Shown here in pieces: positions 27,338 to 32,000 of a stretch of 32,000 nt of DNA. Source of the stretch: Vibrio vulnificus CMCP6 (GTDB lineage Bacteria > Pseudomonadota > Gammaproteobacteria > Enterobacterales > Vibrionaceae); NCBI RefSeq assembly GCF_000039765.1, contig NC_004459.3:2781127-2813126 (forward strand), written 5' to 3'. The position numbers and the translations under genes were made by a program. The stretch's first letter is position 1. Every line of letters begins with the position of its first letter. Below the pieces are notes generated by a model. That model searched no databases and was not told the origin of the DNA. It saw nothing but the letters and a program-made list of their open reading frames with translations.

Positions 27338-28564
27338 TCATTCACATGCTTTTCGACGAGCTCGCCAAAAGAGCAACAAACCTAAAAGGCTAACCCAATT
27401 GACGCTGCCGCTACTTTCCGATCCTGCACAGCCTAGACCCACCTCTCCACCGCCAACACTGGCAGACGTATTGCTCGAACACTCGTTGCTTTGGCCTCCA
27501 CTCTCAGTGGTATTGTCATCTGGCGTTTCTTGGCTAGCCGTTGTCATAAACGTGGGTTTAGTGATTTGCTGAGCAGGGAGTGTTGCCGAATCTGTGTAAG
27601 CACTTATCCAATCGAGATAGGTCACCACATTGGTATACCAAGTGGGATAAGTGACCGAACTACAAACGGTATTGATCAAAGGCGATGCACTGATGATACC
27701 CACTTGGAACTGATTTCCCACACCATCCGACCACACTAGTGGCCCACCAGAATCCCCCAAACACGCACCGTGACCGTAGGTTTCATTGCCAATATGAATT
27801 AGCTGCTTTGGCAGCGTACACAGTTTGGTCACATCGGCTGAAGAGGCAATATAGAGCGGCAACGTGTTGGCTTGCTCCAACATATCGAAGCAATCCGCAA
27901 TGGGAACCATCGCGATATCGGCCTGTTTAAGTGGAATCACCTCAGGAATGGGCGGTGGCGTGTCAACACTTGGCGAGTTAGGAATATCACTCCCCCATCC
28001 TAATACCAGCGCGTTTTCGTTTCGTATGGCATCGTCCCAGCTTGCCACTTGCGTCAAAAAATCTTGATAACTGGTTGTATTAATTAAGGTGACTGGTGTG
28101 GCTGGTAAGTCCCGTTTCACTCTAATAAGCGCTAGGTCATTCTGATAAGCCGTACTGACTAGCTCCTCTCCTTGAGCCGTTTGCTTGGTGGTTCTTAAAG
28201 GCATGTAATCTGGATGGATCACCACATGGGAGACATCATAAATGTGTTCCACTTGTGACTGAAACAGGTCGAGAATGCCTGCTCTCACGGTGACTTCTTT
28301 TAACGCCACGATCTCGTAATTAGTAAATGACTCGGGGTTACTATCTGACGTTTCTTGAGTCGATTTGGACTGAATTAAGCTGTGAGCCGCGGTTAAGACC
28401 CAACGCGAGTTAATGATGGTGCCTCCGCATCTGGATTGCTCAGCAAACGAGCTGGCATCCACACTCACCACATAGTTTTCACTGGAATCGATACCCGCCA
28501 CAATCGCTTGCGCCATCATAGGCAAGCTCAGCGCTATGACACCAACTGACAGTTTTGTTTTCAT
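27338..28564 (-). CDS. Secreted trypsin-like serine protease with GlyGly-CTERM sorting signal
   Basis: MKTKLSVGVIALSLPMMAQA signal peptide, IVAG, VLTAAHS, NDLALIRV, CLGDSGGPLVW, and C-terminal GSESSGSVNWVSLLGLLLFWRARRKACE (GlyGly-CTERM-like: Gly/Ser run, TM helix, basic tail). The track start is 28609; the internal ATG at 28564 is preferred. Confidence 0.88.
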   Translation of the reverse strand: MKTKLSVGVIALSLPMMAQAIVAGIDSSENYVVSVDASSFAEQSRCGGTIINSRWVLTAAHSLIQSKSTQETSDSNPESFTNYEIVALKEVTVRAGILDLFQSQVEHIYDVSHVVIHPDYMPLRTTKQTAQGEELVSTAYQNDLALIRVKRDLPATPVTLINTTSYQDFLTQVASWDDAIRNENALVLGWGSDIPNSPSVDTPPPIPEVIPLKQADIAMVPIADCFDMLEQANTLPLYIASSADVTKLCTLPKQLIHIGNETYGHGACLGDSGGPLVWSDGVGNQFQVGIISASPLINTVCSSVTYPTWYTNVVTYLDWISAYTDSATLPAQQITKPTFMTTASQETPDDNTTESGGQSNECSSNTSASVGGGEVGLGCAGSESSGSVNWVSLLGLLLFWRARRKACE

Positions 28565-28755
28565 CGCATTGCTTCCATATGCATCTTTGTCCATAAAAGA
28601 ATAAGACAAGGTTGGAAAATTCGCCTGTTGAGATCACTGTTTTTCATAATATTAATGTCTGTTATGTAATCAGTTTGTTAACTTGAGGAAAGCAGAACGT
28701 CGACAACGACTCTGCAACGTCAGGGATAAAGGGATAGAAGGATCGCTCACAACAC

Positions 28756-29514
28756 ATGGACATCATTTTGCTTTTCTTTGCCGGGGTTTTTGGTGGCATG
28801 CTCAACTCTATCGCGGGAGGTGGCAGCTTCATCACCTTCCCAGCGCTTATGGCGGTGGGAATTCCCCCAGTGGTGGCCAATGCAACCAATACGTTCGCCA
28901 GTTGTGCTGGTTACATTAGCGGTGCATGGGGATATCGTCGTGAGCTCTATGCGCAAAAAAACATTCTGCTCAAAACCATCGTCTGTAGCCTTCTCGGCGG
29001 CATGCTCGGTGCCTTTCTACTGCTCAATACCAGTGAGTCAGACTTCTTAAAAGCCATCCCTTGGTTATTACTGTTTGCGACCATACTGTTTGTGTTTGGC
29101 GGCAGAATAAACCAAGCAATCGGTCATCGTGCCGACCGCCCTAAGCATCCAATCATTCTTTGGCTGCCCGCGCTCTTTTTGGTCCTTGTTTCCGCGTATG
29201 GTGGATTCTTTAACGCAGGGTTGGGCATTGTCACGTTGAGTTACCTTACGCTTTCTGGACACCGCGATATCATTACGATGAACGGTTTAAAACTGCTGAT
29301 TTCCACCAGTGTTTCGTTGATCGCCGTGATCATCTTTATCTTCGATGGTTCAATTGATTGGTGGAATGGCTTGATTGTCATGCTGGGCAGTTTACTCGGT
29401 GGCTATGTTTCTGCGGTTGTCGCGCGACGCCTCAATAAACTTTGGGTCCATCGTTTTGTTACCGTGACTTCTTTTGCCATCACGGGCTACTTCTTTGTAA
29501 AAATCTATGCATAG
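28756..29514 (+). CDS. TSUP (TauE/SafE) family membrane permease
   Basis: 252 aa polytopic membrane protein; GGVFGGMLNSIAGGGSFITFPALMAVGIPPVVANATNTFA is characteristic. Confidence 0.9.
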   Translation: MDIILLFFAGVFGGMLNSIAGGGSFITFPALMAVGIPPVVANATNTFASCAGYISGAWGYRRELYAQKNILLKTIVCSLLGGMLGAFLLLNTSESDFLKAIPWLLLFATILFVFGGRINQAIGHRADRPKHPIILWLPALFLVLVSAYGGFFNAGLGIVTLSYLTLSGHRDIITMNGLKLLISTSVSLIAVIIFIFDGSIDWWNGLIVMLGSLLGGYVSAVVARRLNKLWVHRFVTVTSFAITGYFFVKIYA

Positions 29515-29682
29515 CGACCATTAATCCTTACACAGCTCCAAGTTATCTCTGCAAACGAATGCAACTTATTTGCAACAATGGCACAGCTCACTTAATATTG
29601 AGCCAATTATTAAATTGAACAGCCACTCTACGATGCAGGAATGCTTCGTTTTCATTAATCACTTTTAAGGATGTAAAGTGTT

Positions 29683-31419
29683 ATGACTCCGCTTTCTTTT
29701 AAGAACAAGATAATTGCGCTGATTATTGCCATTATCTCGCTCACCATCATCACCTCTTACTTTAGCGCTAACTATTTTATTAGCCGTTACATCCAAGACA
29801 CTGACAGTAAAAACATCACGCATAATGTGGATCTGATTCAGCGCAAGCTGGAAAACGAACTGAACGGTAAATTGGCGCTGGCAAACAGTCTCAATTTCAG
29901 CATGATGGACATCAGTGAAACCAAGGAAAGCTCTGGTTTTGACAAGATCATTAAAATCGTCAATGGCTACGCATTTGATGACAGTGGAAACATGAGCGAG
30001 GAAGATGCTCAACAGTACATCAACCTGGCCGAGTCGCATGGTGATGCCACGGTAGTGAGCCCCGTGAGTATGCTCAATGGAGAACCTTCCATTACCTTTT
30101 CACTCAAACGTATTGATGATTCGGTTGATTTCTTTGTTCTCAATCTGGGTCAGTTTAGCCAAGTCATCGCCGATTATGCGGCAGAAGGCAGCTACGCTGA
30201 ATTACTCGCCAATGGCAGCGTTATTTTTAGCAATAAACAAGGCAGCAACTTAACCCCCATCGCCCGACCAGTGGAATTTGCAGGCCAACGCTGGGAACTT
30301 ATCGGCTACATCGATTTGGATAACATTCAGTCGAATACTGACCAACTCAACTGGATGATCACCCTCGCGCTCTTGGTGTGTGCCGCGGTCATCATCGTCT
30401 CCAGCGTCATTCTTTTGCAGGTTTCCTTTAAACCGCTTAGCCGCCTCAACTCGGTGGTGGCAGATCTTTCTCAAGGCAACGGCGACCTAACCCAACGTTT
30501 GGCCATTGAATCCAAAGACGAAATTGGCCAAATCTCTCACTCAATTAACCTGTTTATTGAAAAATTACAGCAGATGTTCATTGAAGTGGCCGATTCCTCT
30601 AAAGAAATCGACCACGCCGTCGTGAATTTGAGTGAACAGTCGCGATCAAATCTTCACACGCTCAATCAGCATACCCAAGAGACAGAACAGGCCATTACCG
30701 CGATTGAAGAGATGAGCGCCAGCGCTAATTCCATTTCGCAAAGCGCCGACAACGCCGCGCACCTGACAGAGACCACCACCCGTTATGCTGATGAGTCAAA
30801 ACAAACGGTGACGGGTGCAGTGGAGAGCGTGAACGGATTGGTGACTCAAGTGGTGGCAATGTCAGACACCATTACGCGCATGAGTGATGATACCAAGCAA
30901 ATTAGCACTGTCCTTCAGGTGATTGGTGATATCGCCGAGCAAACCAACCTACTCGCGCTCAACGCAGCGATCGAAGCGGCTCGCGCTGGTGAGCAAGGCC
31001 GAGGCTTTGCTGTTGTCGCAGATGAAGTTCGCGCATTAGCAGCGCGAACGCAGCAAAGTACCGCTCAAATTAACGAAATGCTGGCGAAGTTGAAAAACAC
31101 AACCGAAAACGTGGTTAACGAGATGGGCTCCACTCGCACTCGTTGTGAAGAAACCGCAGAGCGAACCAACCATGTGATGGATTCACTGAATGTGGTCACC
31201 GACTCAGTCGCAGAGATCAATAACCTCAATACATTGATGGCAACATCGGCCATGGAGCAACGACAAGTGACACAAGAAGTGAGCAAAAACATGGCAGCGA
31301 TTCAGGAAATCGTTCGCCTGCTCAACGAAAATGCGGCGCAATCGACCTCCATCAGCGATGAGTTACAAAACACCTCTCATGCGTTGACCGATGTAGTCGG
31401 CCGATTCCGCGTACAGTAG
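29683..31419 (+). CDS. Methyl-accepting chemotaxis protein
   Basis: 578 aa: TM, periplasmic sensor, TM, HAMP, signalling hairpin [37 protein letters not shown]. Confidence 0.95.
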   Translation: MTPLSFKNKIIALIIAIISLTIITSYFSANYFISRYIQDTDSKNITHNVDLIQRKLENELNGKLALANSLNFSMMDISETKESSGFDKIIKIVNGYAFDDSGNMSEEDAQQYINLAESHGDATVVSPVSMLNGEPSITFSLKRIDDSVDFFVLNLGQFSQVIADYAAEGSYAELLANGSVIFSNKQGSNLTPIARPVEFAGQRWELIGYIDLDNIQSNTDQLNWMITLALLVCAAVIIVSSVILLQVSFKPLSRLNSVVADLSQGNGDLTQRLAIESKDEIGQISHSINLFIEKLQQMFIEVADSSKEIDHAVVNLSEQSRSNLHTLNQHTQETEQAITAIEEMSASANSISQSADNAAHLTETTTRYADESKQTVTGAVESVNGLVTQVVAMSDTITRMSDDTKQISTVLQVIGDIAEQTNLLALNAAIEAARAGEQGRGFAVVADEVRALAARTQQSTAQINEMLAKLKNTTENVVNEMGSTRTRCEETAERTNHVMDSLNVVTDSVAEINNLNTLMATSAMEQRQVTQEVSKNMAAIQEIVRLLNENAAQSTSISDELQNTSHALTDVVGRFRVQ

Positions 31420-31439
31420 CGTCCCCCTCTCTTTCTTAA

Positions 31440-31478
31440 AGCCCCCTCCACCCGCATTAATGGTGGAGGGGGCTTTTT
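31440..31478 (+). terminator. Strong rho-independent terminator after the MCP gene
   Basis: AGCCCCCTCCACC-cgcattaat-GGTGGAGGGGGCT followed by TTTT. Confidence 0.92.
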
Positions 31479-31684
31479 CTAATTTCCTGATTTCAAAGAA
31501 ACTGTGCAGAGGTGCACATCATTTTGCATCTCCGTTCTCATTAACCACATTTTCTATGATGAAATTCTAACTTCATGATATTTTTCGTTAATCACATGTA
31601 GCATTTTTGATACATTTTCAGCTGTTAGTTGCGAGGCAGGTTCCATTTTTATTTGGAACAGCCTGTAAAAGGAACAGAAGCCCC

Positions 31685-32000
31685 ATGTTAGATTATCTCG
31701 CGATGAACAGCATCGCCGCTCAAGATAAAGACATCGTCACCATACTCGATGAACTCTTCCAGCATTGTGTCGAGCGCTATCCCACATTCAGTCGTTTTTC
31801 GGTGGCGCTCCTCGGTGACAAAAAAGCCTCCAACTATTATGTGCAGGATCGCCTGCTCTCTAAGCAAACGTCCCAGCAGTTGGATTATGTCGATCATGAG
31901 TTGCGCATAGACTCTGCCCTTACTGGTCTTGCGTATAGCAACAGCATTCGTATCGTGGATAATTTGAGCACCATGGTGCAAACCGAGCGTGTCTCTCGTT
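31685..32000 (+). CDS. N-terminus of a GAF-domain-like protein (truncated by the window edge)
   Basis: Manual translation from ATG 31685 stays open to the edge: MLDYLAMNSIAAQDKDIVTILDELFQHCVERYPTFSRFSVALLGDKKASNYYVQDRLLS...; AGGAACAG upstream. Confidence 0.6.
   Translation, partial: MLDYLAMNSIAAQDKDIVTILDELFQHCVERYPTFSRFSVALLGDKKASNYYVQDRLLSKQTSQQLDYVDHELRIDSALTGLAYSNSIRIVDNLSTMVQTERVSR

Noticed and set aside
28662-28956. Minus-strand ORFs (75 aa, 69 aa) between the protease and TSUP genes
   Set aside because: Overlap the 5' end of the well-supported TSUP gene in antisense; no family features.

Overview
This window looks like Vibrio-type gammaproteobacterial chromosome, judged from protein content. 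From left to right it contains: (1) a truncated minus-strand Nudix/PAP2-like fusion; (2) a secreted trypsin-like protease with two chitin-binding-type modules; (3) a GNAT acetyltransferase; (4) an orphan exported protein in AT-rich flanks; (5) a complete 2-methylcitrate cycle operon (GntR regulator-prpB-prpC-acnD-prpF-prpE) with two identical 12-bp palindromes upstream of the regulator; (6) a large Cache/SBP/HAMP/HD-GYP membrane protein; (7) a divergent tctCBA tripartite tricarboxylate transporter with a structured tctC-tctB intergenic segment; (8) a compact chaperone-usher cluster with a VpsT/CsgD-like LuxR regulator carrying a WFSR motif; (9) a GlyGly-CTERM trypsin-like protease whose predicted mature N-terminus begins directly at IVAG; (10) a TSUP permease; (11) a methyl-accepting chemotaxis protein; and (12) a truncated GAF-like protein. 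I see no CRISPR array, rRNA, tRNA, transposase or phage genes. The best leads are the minimal chaperone-usher cluster with its putative c-di-GMP-responsive regulator, the apparently propeptide-less protease, the RNA-like tctC-tctB intergenic element, the orphan exported protein, and the PAP2-like domain lacking catalytic signatures. These are hypotheses from reading the sequence; no database search was run.
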